Below are positions 45,655-56,428 of a stretch of 64,000 nucleotides of DNA, piece after piece (within the stretch, counting starts at the first letter, position 1; each line of letters opens with the position of its first letter). The stretch comes from Candidatus Rifleibacteriota bacterium. Lineage in GTDB: Bacteria; Muiribacteriota; Ozemobacteria; Ozemobacterales; Ozemobacteraceae. A model generated the notes under the pieces. It searched no databases and was not told the DNA's origin. It was given only the letters and a program-made list of their open reading frames with translations. The stretch spans positions 10,155 to 74,154 of the forward strand of contig JAFPZP010000010.1 of NCBI GenBank assembly GCA_017417215.1. Direction: 5' to 3'. The position numbers and the translations under genes were made by a program.

Positions 45655-45899
45655 AGTACTTCTCTATAGTTTTATTAATGAGGTTTAACAAATAACTGTC
45701 ATTGTTTATTGTAATTATTGTTTTTGGTAGTTATTGTCTTGCTTATGCTCTATAAACTATAATTAATTAGAATCATTAGATAAATTTTTAAATTTCGATT
45801 AAACAATAAAAACAACAAAAACCAACTACAACAAGTACCAATTAAAATGGCTTGTATCTTTAAGCTAAAGGTGGTACACTTTTATATCCTTTTTTAGGA

Positions 45900-46097
45900 G
45901 TGAATAATATGGCAAAAATTAATTCAAAAATGACTATTTCAGAAGTACTTAAAGAAAAACCAGAAGCATCTGAAGTCTTACATGAATTTGGAATGCATTG
46001 TCTTGGTTGTGCTATTGCAGCAGGCGAATCTATTGAAGAAGCTGCTGAAGCTCATGGAATTAAATTAGAAGATTTATTAGCTGCTCTTAATAAATAA
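45900..46097 (+). CDS. DUF1858 (hybrid-cluster-protein-associated redox disulfide) domain protein
   Basis: MTISEVLKEKPEASEVLHEFGMHCLGCAIAAGESIEEAAEAHGI matches the DUF1858 pattern with its CxxC. Confidence 0.55.
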   Translation: MNNMAKINSKMTISEVLKEKPEASEVLHEFGMHCLGCAIAAGESIEEAAEAHGIKLEDLLAALNK

Positions 46098-46099
46098 CA

Positions 46100-47974
46100 A
46101 TGCTTCTCGAACGTATCAACGAACCTAGTGATTTAAGAAAGCTCACCATAAATGAGCTTGAAGCGTTAAGCAAAGAAATTCGCGAACGTATAATTGAAGT
46201 TGTGTCAAAAAATGGCGGCCATCTCGCCAGCAATCTAGGTATCGTTGAGCTAACTCTTGCTATTCATAGAGTTTTTAATTCTCCCACCGATCAAATAGTT
46301 TGGGATGTCGGTCATCAGTCATATACTCATAAACTTATCACTGGCAGACAGAAAGAATTTGATACTCTACGTAAATTCAACGGCTTGAGTGGTTTCCCAA
46401 AAATATCAGAAAGCATACACGATTCATTTAATACTGGGCATAGTTCTACTTCCATATCTGTTGCTCAAGGTTTGGCCTTGGCAAAAGAACAATTACAACT
46501 TCCTGGTAAAACCATAGCAGTAATAGGCGATGGAGCCATGACTGGCGGGATGTCTTTTGAAGCTCTCAACTATATAGGGCACAGAAAAAGCAACGTTGTA
46601 GTCATATTAAACGATAATGAAATGTCTATATCTCCAAATGTTGGAGCTATGGCTATGTATCTGCATCGTCTCAGATTAGAACCAGCTTATACAACTCCTA
46701 AGGATTATTTATCAAAAGTCTTGAAGAATATTCCTGGCTTTGGGACTAGACTTTATAATGTATTAAGCCGTATTGAAGGCAGCTTTAAGTATCTGCTTAC
46801 TCCGGGTATGATATTTGAAGAACTTGGCTTTAAATATATTGGTCCTGTTGACGGTTATAATTTTGAAGTTTTAGAAAGAGCCTTAGTTAGAGCAAAAGAT
46901 AGACAGGGACCTGTTTTGGTTCATGTTCTTACTCAGAAAGGCAGAGGTTATAAACCCGCTCAGGAACAAAGCAACAAGTTCCATGGTATAGGTCCTTTCG
47001 AAATAGAAACAGGAAATACCAAAAAGTCTGTAGATTCACCGCCAACTTATACAGAAATATTTGGTAATACTATTTGCAAGCTTGCAAATGACAACAAGAG
47101 CATTATTGCTATCACTGCCGCAATGAAAGAAGGAACGGGGCTTACTAAATTTGCCAACGAGTTCCCTTCAAGATTTTATGATGTTGGTATAGCTGAACAG
47201 CATGCAGTAACTATAGCGGCTGCTCTTGCTAAGTCAGGCTTGAAACCTTTTGTAGCTATTTATTCTACTTTCCTACAAAGAGCTTATGACCAGATTGTTC
47301 ATGATGTAGCTCTAACCAATCAGCCAGTAGTATTCTGCTTAGATCGTGCTGGTTTGGTCGGTGAAGATGGGCCAACTCATCATGGCTGTCTTGATATTTC
47401 ATATATGAGATCTATTCCTAATATGCAGGTTATGGCTCCGCGTGATGAAGTAGAATTGGCTTTAATGCTTGAATATGCTTCAAAACAGAATACTCCTGTT
47501 GCTATAAGATATCCAAGAGGCTATGCTACTGGAACAAAAGATGAACCTTCTTCTAGACAACCAATTCAGACTGGTAAATCAGAAGTTTTAAAAGATGGGA
47601 AGGATTTAATCTTTATCCCATTAGGTGCTTCTTGTTCTGATGCTTACAAAGTAATAGACGAGCTGGAAAAAAATAGCAATATAAGCGTTAAGCTTATTAA
47701 CCCAAGATTTGTTAAGCCTTTCGATGAAGAAATGCTTTCAGATATAATTGCTTCCAAATTACCGATAGTTACATTAGAAGACAGTGTTCTTGCAGGCGGA
47801 TTTGGTAGTATGCTTGCTGAAAAGTTGATAGATGCCCAAGCTACAAACAGACTTCTAAGATTTGGTTTGCCAGATAGTTTTGTTCCTCATGGAAGCTTAA
47901 AAGAATTGAAAACTATGCTTGGATTAAACTGCCAAAGCATTGTAAATAAAATAACTGAATGGATTAAAATCTAA
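46100..47974 (+). CDS. dxs: 1-deoxy-D-xylulose-5-phosphate synthase
   Basis: GHQSYTHKLITGR, the TPP-binding GDGAMTGGM, and transketolase-like C-terminal domains are present. Confidence 0.9.
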   Translation: MLLERINEPSDLRKLTINELEALSKEIRERIIEVVSKNGGHLASNLGIVELTLAIHRVFNSPTDQIVWDVGHQSYTHKLITGRQKEFDTLRKFNGLSGFPKISESIHDSFNTGHSSTSISVAQGLALAKEQLQLPGKTIAVIGDGAMTGGMSFEALNYIGHRKSNVVVILNDNEMSISPNVGAMAMYLHRLRLEPAYTTPKDYLSKVLKNIPGFGTRLYNVLSRIEGSFKYLLTPGMIFEELGFKYIGPVDGYNFEVLERALVRAKDRQGPVLVHVLTQKGRGYKPAQEQSNKFHGIGPFEIETGNTKKSVDSPPTYTEIFGNTICKLANDNKSIIAITAAMKEGTGLTKFANEFPSRFYDVGIAEQHAVTIAAALAKSGLKPFVAIYSTFLQRAYDQIVHDVALTNQPVVFCLDRAGLVGEDGPTHHGCLDISYMRSIPNMQVMAPRDEVELALMLEYASKQNTPVAIRYPRGYATGTKDEPSSRQPIQTGKSEVLKDGKDLIFIPLGASCSDAYKVIDELEKNSNISVKLINPRFVKPFDEEMLSDIIASKLPIVTLEDSVLAGGFGSMLAEKLIDAQATNRLLRFGLPDSFVPHGSLKELKTMLGLNCQSIVNKITEWIKI

Positions 47975-47990
47975 TATTTTCGTTTATTTT

Positions 47991-48845
47991 TTAATCATTC
48001 AAGGGTTTACCACAGTATTTGCAGTATTTGGCGTCAGCGTCATGCCCTTCTTTACAGCAAAATGGGCAAGTTTGAGTGGTTATTTTATTTTTTTGCGGAA
48101 AAATCATTTCTGAGGTTACTATTCCTGTTGGAATAGCTATGATTCCATAGCCTAAAAGCATAATAAAGAAGGAAAAAGCTTGCCCCATCGGTGTCTTGGG
48201 CGATATGTCTCCATAACCAACTGTAGTAAGTGTAACAACAGCCCAATAAACGCTAACAGGGATACTGGTAAAACCATTTTCAGCACCTTCTATAACATAC
48301 ATTACAGAGCCTAAGCAAAATACAATTATGAATACATAAAATGTGAATACAGCTATTCTTTTGATGCTTCGCTTCAGAGAATAGAGCATATTCTCAACTT
48401 CGTGTGTGAAATGAACTAATTTGAATAGCCTGAAAACTCGTATGAATCTCAATATTCTGACTACTGATAGATATTGAAAATCTTGAAGACTAGGAATAAT
48501 ACTAAAATAATTTGGCAAAATAGATATTAAATCTATTATTCCAAAAAAGCTTATAGCATAATGCAGGGGCTTAGCTACACAATATAGTCTCAAAAAATAC
48601 TCTATTGTGAAAAGTATAGTGATTGTCCATTCTACATAATTAAAAAGAGTTCCATATGCAAGACGGTATTTTTCTACGCTGTCTAAAGAAGTAACGAAAA
48701 CACTTATAAAAATACAGATTAATAAAGCAACATCGAAGGCTTTTCCCCAAAAAGTATCTGCTTCAAAAATAATTTCGTGAATCTTTTTTTGTAATGGGGA
48801 AAGAGAAGGAGTGTGTCTGATTTCAGAATAGTTTAGCTTTATCAT
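47991..48845 (-). CDS. Voltage-gated-like K+ channel (Ion_trans) with a C-terminal zinc-ribbon tail
   Basis: The K+ selectivity filter TVGYGD, an S4-like RILRFIRVFRLFKL, and the C-terminus CPFCCKEGHDADAKYCKYCGKPL. Confidence 0.7.
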   Translation of the reverse strand: MIKLNYSEIRHTPSLSPLQKKIHEIIFEADTFWGKAFDVALLICIFISVFVTSLDSVEKYRLAYGTLFNYVEWTITILFTIEYFLRLYCVAKPLHYAISFFGIIDLISILPNYFSIIPSLQDFQYLSVVRILRFIRVFRLFKLVHFTHEVENMLYSLKRSIKRIAVFTFYVFIIVFCLGSVMYVIEGAENGFTSIPVSVYWAVVTLTTVGYGDISPKTPMGQAFSFFIMLLGYGIIAIPTGIVTSEMIFPQKNKITTQTCPFCCKEGHDADAKYCKYCGKPLND

Positions 48846-48998
48846 AAGCCATATTCTACTCTTTTAAGATAATTAAAACAAGATTTTATTAGGTTCTGAA
48901 TAATGCAAGGGCAGATGTTTTTAATGATTGAATATTTTTAAACTCTGTATTTTTTTGCGTTTTTAGTTATAATGGAAAAATAGAATTCAGGAGTTAGC

Positions 48999-49130
48999 AT
49001 GTTTAATAATTACATAAACAAACCTGTAGGTGATTTAACAAAGGATGAAGGTGGTATTATTTATTGTGAATATCATGGTGATGTTGAGAAAAAATACAAG
49101 AAATCTACACCTGGATCTGAAACTGAATAA
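48999..49130 (+). CDS. Possible 43-aa small protein directly upstream of the large helicase gene (not on the ORF track)
   Basis: ATG at 48999 with AGGAG 5 nt upstream. It translates MFNNYINKPVGDLTKDEGGIIYCEYHGDVEKKYKKSTPGSETE* with a TAA stop at 49128-49130. Confidence 0.2.
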   Translation: MFNNYINKPVGDLTKDEGGIIYCEYHGDVEKKYKKSTPGSETE

Positions 49131-49190
49131 TACTTTTATAACAGGAAAACAAAGCAACTTTTCAAAATATAATAAAAAAGGTGAAAATAA

Positions 49191-52100
49191 ATGAGTGTAA
49201 CTGTTGCAACTGAAACAGCTTCGCAGACAAATTCTTCTGCAGCTCCATCTACAACTGCCGCAGCGGCTCCTGCTGCAAACAATACTGCTAATTCTTTACC
49301 GCAGCAATACCAGACCAAAAAGGCTATGTGGGAACGAAAGCTTCTAGACTTAGGTTTGAGAAACCAGCTTATCAATATGCGCAAGTCTCGCACGCTGATT
49401 CCTCTTATAACTAATACAATTAACGAACTAGAAGACGCCTTGGCTGATGGTGAAGAATTCTTAATAACTGCAAAACCGGAAAAAACAGTATTTTCAGAAG
49501 AAGAATTCAAATTTGATGATTTATTAAAAACAGAAATCAAAGATGAAGATCTACAAAAGGAATTCGCAAAACACCATTTGTTTTCATCATTAACAGAAGG
49601 CGAATTAAAGAAAGCAATAAAAGAAGTCTACCGCTCAGCCAAAAGTTCTATCGAAGAAAACGGCGCCAATACTCTTTATTTGGCTCTTGGTCTTTTAAAA
49701 TGGTTTGAATCTAAGGGGAATAATCCGCCTGCCCGTTATGCACCGATTATTCTTTACCCAATAGATATAATCAGAAAATCAGCAGCTCAAGGCTACACAA
49801 TCAGTCTTAGAGACGATGACCCACAGCTCAACATAACAATGCTAGAAAAGCTGAAACAGGATTTCAGAATTGAAGTTGAAGGTTTGGATCCTCTTCCTCT
49901 AGATGAACACGGGCTAGACACACGTAAAATTTTTGAGACAATACGTGAATATGTTAAACCTCAGGAAAACTGGGAAGTTATAGAAGTTGCTGCAGTAGGT
50001 ATATTCTCCTTTACTCAGTTTGTAATGTGGAACGACCTGACCAACCGTTCTGACGACCTAATTAAGAATAAAATAGTCAAGAGTTTGTTGGAAGGCAAAC
50101 TCACCTGGGAAGCTGAAGGCATGGAAACTGGCGACCACGTCTGCGAAGATGATGTTTTTATGGCTATGCCAACAGACGCTTCTCAGCTTTTTGCTGTCAG
50201 AAGTGCTTGCGAAAACAAGTCTTTCGTTCTTCACGGTCCTCCAGGAACAGGTAAATCTCAGACTATTACTTCTTTGATTGCAAATGCCTTAGGGCAGAAT
50301 AAAACCGTTTTATTTGTAGCAGAAAAGATGGCTGCTCTAGAAGTAGTTCAAAAACGTCTTGCTTCTATTGGCTTAGACCCATTCTGCTTAGAACTTCATT
50401 CAAATAAATCTCGCAAAAAAGCTGTTTTGGAAAAATTACAGCAGACTACAGAATTCCGCAGACCTAAAGCAAGCGATGATTATAAGCAGAAAGCAGAAGA
50501 AATATCCAAACTTCGCAAAGAACTTAATGTTTATTCCGAAGACCTTCATAAGAAGCAAAGCTATGGTTTAAGCATATATGAGCTTATAAATGAATATGAA
50601 CTAAATTCAGACTTTCCCGATATTCCTGCTTTTTCTCAAGAAGCTTTAGGGAATGTTACTAAGGAACTACTCGACAAGCAGAATCAGATTATTGAATCCT
50701 TAATTACTTCTGCTCGTGCTGTTGGTCACCCTGCTGAACATGCTCTTTCAAGAGTAGGTTGTAAAGAATACAACCAGAGTCTTAAAGACGACCTTAATTC
50801 TAAGGCTACAAAATACTTGAATAATCTAGAAAAGCTAAAAGAATTAGCTGACGAATTCAAGAATAAAGCAGAACTAACAAATTTAGATGACGACATTGAA
50901 TGGACAAAACTTTTAACAACTGCTGAACAGGTTGCCAAATGGTCATACTTACCAAAAGCCTGGGCTGACCACAAAGGCATGAATATTTGCATGACTGAAA
51001 TAGCCGAAATGGCTGACCATTTCGCAAAGTCAAAAGAATTGCGCACTGAACTTGAAAAGAACTGGAAGCCAGAATTTTTCGATCAGAATGGTAGCGAACT
51101 TTCAGCTACTCATACTCAGAAGAGTAATTCCTGGTTTATTCCTAGATTCTTCGGGTTATGGAGCTTGAAAAGCAAAGTTTCATCTTTTGCAAAATCTTCT
51201 GTTAATGCAGATACTTTAGGCAAAGATCTTTCAGACCTTTCTTTATACCAGTCTGAAAAAGCTAAGGCTGATGAATTATTTAAAAAATACACTGCTGAAC
51301 TTGATTCTCTTTATGATGGTGAAAACACCGATTGGAACAAGGTTAAAACTTATGCTGTAGATGCAAAAGAAAGCTGCGCCAAACTTAACGAACTTTATAA
51401 TGATGAAGAACTTCGAATAAAGCTTTGTAGCAATAAAGAACTGACTCAAAAAGCTCAGGAAGTTCAAAAGGCAAACGAAACAAGACTTTCTTCCCAGAAA
51501 GAATTTGCTGAAGTTGCTATGCCAAAGCCTGTTAATCAGTTTAATACGCCTGTTCTGGAAGACATAGAAATGTGTAAGAATATCAACAAGCACGTTGAAG
51601 GTATAAAAGAATGGACTCTTTGGAATAAAACCTCAAGCGAAGCAGAAGAAGCCGGTTTGGCTGTCCTTGTCGAAGCCTATCAAAAGGGTATGGATCACGA
51701 CGATATAAAGGGAGCTTATTTAAAATCTATCAGTAAAGGCCTTGCTGCTCGTGCTATAGATGCTTCTAGCACTCTTAATAACTTCTCTGGGAAGGTATTT
51801 GACCAGAAAGTAGACAAATTCATAACTCTTGATAAACAGGTCAGCGCTCTTGGAAACCGTGAAATAGTCTATCGTTTGGCTGCAAAACTTCCTGACTTTA
51901 CTAGAGAGGCTGCTCAAAGCTCTGAACTAGGCATTTTACAAAGAGCTATCAAGAGCGGGGGTAGGGGAACCTCATTAAGAAAGCTTTTTGGGCAGATTCC
52001 TAATATTCTTCCAAGACTCTGTCCCTGTATGCTCATGAGCCCTATATCTGTTGCTCAATATATCGACCCCAATAAATCACCTTTCGATCTGGTAATCTTC

Positions 52101-53963
52101 GACGAAGCTTCACAGCTTACAACCAGCAAAGCAGTTGGTGTTTTGGCTCGTGGTCAGAATGCAGTAATCGTTGGTGACCCCAAGCAGATGCCGCCGACTT
52201 CATTCTTCTCTTCTGCTGCAGTTGATGAAGATAACCTTGATTTGGAAGATATGGAAAGTATTCTCGACGACTGCTTAGCCTTGAATATGCCTCAAACTCA
52301 TTTGTTATGGCACTACAGAAGTAAACACGAAAGCTTGATAGCTTTCAGTAACCATAACTTCTACGAAAGCAAGCTTTTCACTTTCCCATCAGTAGACGAC
52401 AGAGAATCTAAGGTTAATTTCGTTCCCGTAAAAGGCACTTTTGACCACGGTTCTGGCAAGCGCTACAACAAAGAGGAAGCCGAAGCTGTTGTTAAAGAAC
52501 TGATTCGCAGAAGCAAAGACCCCAAACTTTCTAAATACAGTGTTGGTGTTGTCACTTTCAACATTCCTCAGCAGAACCTCATCGACGACCTCTTTACTGA
52601 AGCCTGTAAGACAGACTTAGAACTTGAAAGCTGGGCTTATAAGAAAGAAGATCCGTTATTCATCAAGAATCTTGAAAATGTTCAAGGTGATGAACGCGAT
52701 GTAATCATATTCTCAGTCGGTTACGGACCAGACAAAGAAGGCAAAGTCTCTATGAACTTCGGTCCGTTGAACAAAGACGGCGGTTGGCGCAGACTTAACG
52801 TTGCTGTTTCCCGTTCTAAACGCGAAATGATGGTATTCAGCTCTATGCTGCCGGAACACATAGACACCAACAAGACCAAAGCAGAAGGCGTTATCGCTCT
52901 TAGAAACTTCCTTGATTTTGCTAGGAATCCGAAAGGCTATTCTTTCTCTGCTGAAAAGAATGCTGCTCAAAACGGCATTATAAAGAGTCTTAGCAAAATT
53001 TTGAAAGAACAGGGTTATTCTGTAGATACCAACATTGGTAATTCTGAATTCAAGATTGATTTAGGCGTAATCGACCCGAGAAATGAAAACAGATATCTTC
53101 TCGGTATTTTGCTCGACGGACCTGTTTATGCAGAATGCAAGACCACCAGAGACCGTGAACTTTCACAGGCAAGTGTTCTTAGAGGCTTAGGCTGGAACAT
53201 CATTAGAATGTGGAGTATGGATTGGTGGGAAAACAAGGATATTGAAGTTGACAAGCTGTTAGATAAACTAGACAAGCTTAAAAACGACAAATCCATAGAA
53301 CCAGAAAAGAAAGAAGAACCAAAAGCAGAGCTGAAACCTGTTGAATACGAAGAACCAGGCACTGCTCCTGCCTCTGACTCTGGAATATTTGCCAAACCTT
53401 ATACTGCAACTCAATTACCTCAAACTTCATTGTCATCAGATGATTTTATGGCTAGAAAGAACGCAGCAGAGCTCAAAAAGCGTGCTATGAAAGTAATTGA
53501 AACAGAAGCTCCTATCACAGAAGGTTTGCTTACCAAACGTCTGATTCAAAGCTATGGAATAACAAGAGTTGGAACACGTGTTCAGGCATATTTAGACGAA
53601 TTCTATGCAAATCTTTCTTTAAAAACCACAACTCAGTCTGACGGTCAAAAGATTTACTGGAATCCAAAGCAGAATCCTGATGATTACAGCGATTGCAGAG
53701 CAGGCAAAACAGATGCTGACAAACGTGATTCTAAGGATATTCCAATAATAGAAGCCTCTAATGCTGTTTACAAAATCGTTTCAGATCAGATTGCACTCTC
53801 TTCTGAAGATTTAGCCAAGGAAGCGGCAAAACAGCTTGGCTTCTCACGTCTCGGCACAAATCTTACAACTCTTATGGATGCCGCCGTAGAAATGAACAAA
53901 GCCGCCGGCTACCTGACCGTCGCTGAAAACGGCAACATCACCCTGAACAAAACAGAAAACTAA
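49191..53963 (+). CDS. Large DUF4011 - SF1 (Upf1/DNA2-like, COG1112) helicase - Vsr/PD-(D/E)xK-like endonuclease - DUF3320 protein; a candidate defence helicase
   Basis: The N-terminus WERKLLDLGLRNQLINMRKS is DUF4011-like. Walker A is LHGPPGTGKSQTITSLI. VIVGDPKQMPPTSFF, VTFNIPQQ and VQGDERDVIIFSVGY are SF1 motifs. C-terminal GNSEFKIDLGVIDPRNENRYLLGILLDGPVYAECKTTRDRELSQASVLRGLGWNIIRMWSMDWW is a Vsr-like REase segment, followed by a DUF3320-like tail. Confidence 0.75.
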   Translation: MSVTVATETASQTNSSAAPSTTAAAAPAANNTANSLPQQYQTKKAMWERKLLDLGLRNQLINMRKSRTLIPLITNTINELEDALADGEEFLITAKPEKTVFSEEEFKFDDLLKTEIKDEDLQKEFAKHHLFSSLTEGELKKAIKEVYRSAKSSIEENGANTLYLALGLLKWFESKGNNPPARYAPIILYPIDIIRKSAAQGYTISLRDDDPQLNITMLEKLKQDFRIEVEGLDPLPLDEHGLDTRKIFETIREYVKPQENWEVIEVAAVGIFSFTQFVMWNDLTNRSDDLIKNKIVKSLLEGKLTWEAEGMETGDHVCEDDVFMAMPTDASQLFAVRSACENKSFVLHGPPGTGKSQTITSLIANALGQNKTVLFVAEKMAALEVVQKRLASIGLDPFCLELHSNKSRKKAVLEKLQQTTEFRRPKASDDYKQKAEEISKLRKELNVYSEDLHKKQSYGLSIYELINEYELNSDFPDIPAFSQEALGNVTKELLDKQNQIIESLITSARAVGHPAEHALSRVGCKEYNQSLKDDLNSKATKYLNNLEKLKELADEFKNKAELTNLDDDIEWTKLLTTAEQVAKWSYLPKAWADHKGMNICMTEIAEMADHFAKSKELRTELEKNWKPEFFDQNGSELSATHTQKSNSWFIPRFFGLWSLKSKVSSFAKSSVNADTLGKDLSDLSLYQSEKAKADELFKKYTAELDSLYDGENTDWNKVKTYAVDAKESCAKLNELYNDEELRIKLCSNKELTQKAQEVQKANETRLSSQKEFAEVAMPKPVNQFNTPVLEDIEMCKNINKHVEGIKEWTLWNKTSSEAEEAGLAVLVEAYQKGMDHDDIKGAYLKSISKGLAARAIDASSTLNNFSGKVFDQKVDKFITLDKQVSALGNREIVYRLAAKLPDFTREAAQSSELGILQRAIKSGGRGTSLRKLFGQIPNILPRLCPCMLMSPISVAQYIDPNKSPFDLVIFDEASQLTTSKAVGVLARGQNAVIVGDPKQMPPTSFFSSAAVDEDNLDLEDMESILDDCLALNMPQTHLLWHYRSKHESLIAFSNHNFYESKLFTFPSVDDRESKVNFVPVKGTFDHGSGKRYNKEEAEAVVKELIRRSKDPKLSKYSVGVVTFNIPQQNLIDDLFTEACKTDLELESWAYKKEDPLFIKNLENVQGDERDVIIFSVGYGPDKEGKVSMNFGPLNKDGGWRRLNVAVSRSKREMMVFSSMLPEHIDTNKTKAEGVIALRNFLDFARNPKGYSFSAEKNAAQNGIIKSLSKILKEQGYSVDTNIGNSEFKIDLGVIDPRNENRYLLGILLDGPVYAECKTTRDRELSQASVLRGLGWNIIRMWSMDWWENKDIEVDKLLDKLDKLKNDKSIEPEKKEEPKAELKPVEYEEPGTAPASDSGIFAKPYTATQLPQTSLSSDDFMARKNAAELKKRAMKVIETEAPITEGLLTKRLIQSYGITRVGTRVQAYLDEFYANLSLKTTTQSDGQKIYWNPKQNPDDYSDCRAGKTDADKRDSKDIPIIEASNAVYKIVSDQIALSSEDLAKEAAKQLGFSRLGTNLTTLMDAAVEMNKAAGYLTVAENGNITLNKTEN

Positions 53964-53981
53964 GTTTTTCTTAAACAAGAC

Positions 53982-54019
53982 AAAAAATACCCGAACCTAA
54001 TGATTCGGGTAGTTTTTAT
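53982..54019. terminator. Bidirectional rho-independent terminator between the helicase gene and glgB
   Basis: An A-run, then stem acccgaa with loop cctaatga and ttcgggt, then agttttta. Confidence 0.55.
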
Positions 54020-54033
54020 TAATCTAATTCAGC

Positions 54034-56253
54034 TTATTTGCTGAGCTTGAAACCAACTACTGCCAAAGGTGGAACTTCAATGCTGATTGAATGTTCACGG
54101 CCGTTACAGCCGTAGAGTTCGCTCCATCTTCCACCATAGTTGCCTATGTTGGAACCGAAATACATTTCTGAGTCAGAATTGAGTATTTCCTGATAGAAGC
54201 CGTCTCTTGGAACACCTACACGATAGTTGCTGTGAGGAACCGGGGTGAAGTTAGCAACGAACAGAGTTATATCATCTTCGTTTTCGCCTTTTCTTATCCA
54301 GCTAATAACGCTTTCGTCAACATTGTCAAAGCTTATCCATTCAAAGCCTGAACCATCGCAATCTTTCTGATAAAGTGAAGGTTCAGTTCTATACAAATAG
54401 TTGAGGTGACCGATAAGGTTCTTTACGCCTGCATTAGAGTCGAATTCCAACAGGTGCCAATCTATGCTCTGATTGCTGTTCCATTCATTCCACTGACCGA
54501 AGTCAGAACCCATGAATACAAGCTTCTTGCCCGGCATTGTCCACATCATACTGAACAACAAGCGCAGGTTAGCAAACTTCTGCCAGAAATCGCCCGGCAT
54601 CTTGTTGATAAGGTTGCCTTTTCCATGAACAACTTCGTCGTGAGAAAGAACATAGATGAAGTTTTCGTTGAAAGCATAAATCAACGGGAAAGTCAGGTTG
54701 TTGTGATGATATTTTCTGTAGATTGGGTCTTTCTGGAAATAGCTGAGAGTGTCGTTCATCCAACCCATGTTCCACTTGAAGGTGAAACCCAAACCGCCAT
54801 CTGCTGCTGGTCTAGAAACCATCGGGAAAGCAGTTGATTCTTCAGCAATATTCATAGTGCCGGGGTGGAGTTCCTGGCATACAGAGTTCATCTGTTTCAA
54901 GAAGTCGATTGCTTCGAGATTTTCGCGACCGCCAAATTTGTTTGGTACCCATTCATTTGCTTTTCTAGAATAGTCTAGGTAAAGCATTGAAGCAACTGCG
55001 TCAACTCTTAAGCCGTCTGCGTGATATTTATCTAACCAGAACAAAGCACTGCTGATTAGGAAGTTTCTAACTTCGTTTCTGCCGAAATTGAATATCAGAG
55101 TTCCCCAGTCTTTGTGTTCACCCTGTCTTGGGTCTGCATGTTCAAAAAGAGCAGTTCCGTCAAATTTTGCCAGACCGTGAGAATCTTTGGGGAAGTGAGC
55201 TGGAACCCAGTCTAATATTACGCCGATGCCTTCTTTATGCATATAATCTACGAAATACATAAAGTCTTTCGGATTACCGAAACGGCTTGTTGGAGCGAAA
55301 TAACCAGTTACCTGATAGCCCCAGGAAATATCTAATGGGTGTTCTGTTACAGGAAGCAGTTCAACGTGAGTGTAGCCCTGTTCCTTAACGTAATCAGCAA
55401 TAATTGGTGCTAATTCGCGATAGGTAAGGAAGCGGTTACCTTCTTCAGCATTACGCATGAATGAACCAAGATGGCATTCATAAATTGAAACTGGTTCTTT
55501 GTGCCAATCTTTTTGGGCTCTGGAAGTCATCCATTCGCCGTCTTCCCAATTATAACCACTCAAATCATAAATCTTGCTGGCGGTTTTGGGTCTAACTTCT
55601 GCATAGAATGCAAATGGGTCGGCTTTTTCCAACAAAGCACCGTCTTTGGTCTTGATTTCAAACTTGTAGTTCTGACCAGTCTGCAAACCAGGAATGAAGA
55701 TTTCCCAAACGCCTGAAGTGCCAAGACTTCTCATAACATGACGACGGCCGTCCCATCTGTTGAAATCGCCGATTACACTAACACGGCGTGCATTTGGAGC
55801 CCAAACTGCGAATGAAACACCGCCAAGTTTGTCTTTGAAATAATCAAAGTATCTTATATGAGCACCAAGCTTTTCATAAAGTTCGTGGTGATTGCCCTGG
55901 CTGAAATAGTACTGATCCATTTCACCAACAGTTGGCATAAAAGCATAAGAATCATAAAATTCTGCACTAGCACCGTTTTCATAATAGCTTTTAATGCGAT
56001 ATGGGAAAACCTGATTTCTTTCAGTGATTACAGCTTCAAAAAAGCCTGCATCATGAAGCTTTTCCATCTTAAAAGCAGTGCCTGTATTCAGATCGATAAC
56101 TTCTGCCCTGACTGCATCTGGCAAAAAGCCTCTTACAGCAACAACTTTTTTGCCTTCCTGTTCACATTCATGAGCGCCTAATACTTGGTAGGGGTCATGG
56201 TGATTGGTTCCGATAATCAAATCAATTTCGTTTTGACTAACTATTTGAGTCAT
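54034..56253 (-). CDS. glgB: 1,4-alpha-glucan branching enzyme
   Basis: GH13 catalytic segments [12 protein letters not shown] and DFGQWNEWN, the CBM48-like N-terminus, and a length of 739 aa. Confidence 0.9.
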   Translation of the reverse strand: MTQIVSQNEIDLIIGTNHHDPYQVLGAHECEQEGKKVVAVRGFLPDAVRAEVIDLNTGTAFKMEKLHDAGFFEAVITERNQVFPYRIKSYYENGASAEFYDSYAFMPTVGEMDQYYFSQGNHHELYEKLGAHIRYFDYFKDKLGGVSFAVWAPNARRVSVIGDFNRWDGRRHVMRSLGTSGVWEIFIPGLQTGQNYKFEIKTKDGALLEKADPFAFYAEVRPKTASKIYDLSGYNWEDGEWMTSRAQKDWHKEPVSIYECHLGSFMRNAEEGNRFLTYRELAPIIADYVKEQGYTHVELLPVTEHPLDISWGYQVTGYFAPTSRFGNPKDFMYFVDYMHKEGIGVILDWVPAHFPKDSHGLAKFDGTALFEHADPRQGEHKDWGTLIFNFGRNEVRNFLISSALFWLDKYHADGLRVDAVASMLYLDYSRKANEWVPNKFGGRENLEAIDFLKQMNSVCQELHPGTMNIAEESTAFPMVSRPAADGGLGFTFKWNMGWMNDTLSYFQKDPIYRKYHHNNLTFPLIYAFNENFIYVLSHDEVVHGKGNLINKMPGDFWQKFANLRLLFSMMWTMPGKKLVFMGSDFGQWNEWNSNQSIDWHLLEFDSNAGVKNLIGHLNYLYRTEPSLYQKDCDGSGFEWISFDNVDESVISWIRKGENEDDITLFVANFTPVPHSNYRVGVPRDGFYQEILNSDSEMYFGSNIGNYGGRWSELYGCNGREHSISIEVPPLAVVGFKLSK

Positions 56254-56428
56254 TATTATCTCCCGTGAATTTTATATTCTTAATAGTGTACAGTTTACAA
56301 TAAACTTTTCAATATAACAATATTTTTATTGCTACAGATAAACTCTTTGGGTATTTAGCTCAATAATATATTAAAATAAAAAATTTTATATTATATTAAA
56401 AGTATAAAAATATTTAAAGGCAATAATA

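Noticed and set aside
54034-56253. glgB as part of an accessory or defence island because it sits between the helicase and the TerB protein
   Set aside because: The sequence is a canonical, full-length GH13 branching enzyme with its own flanking terminators. It is a housekeeping gene, and its neighbours are merely adjacent.
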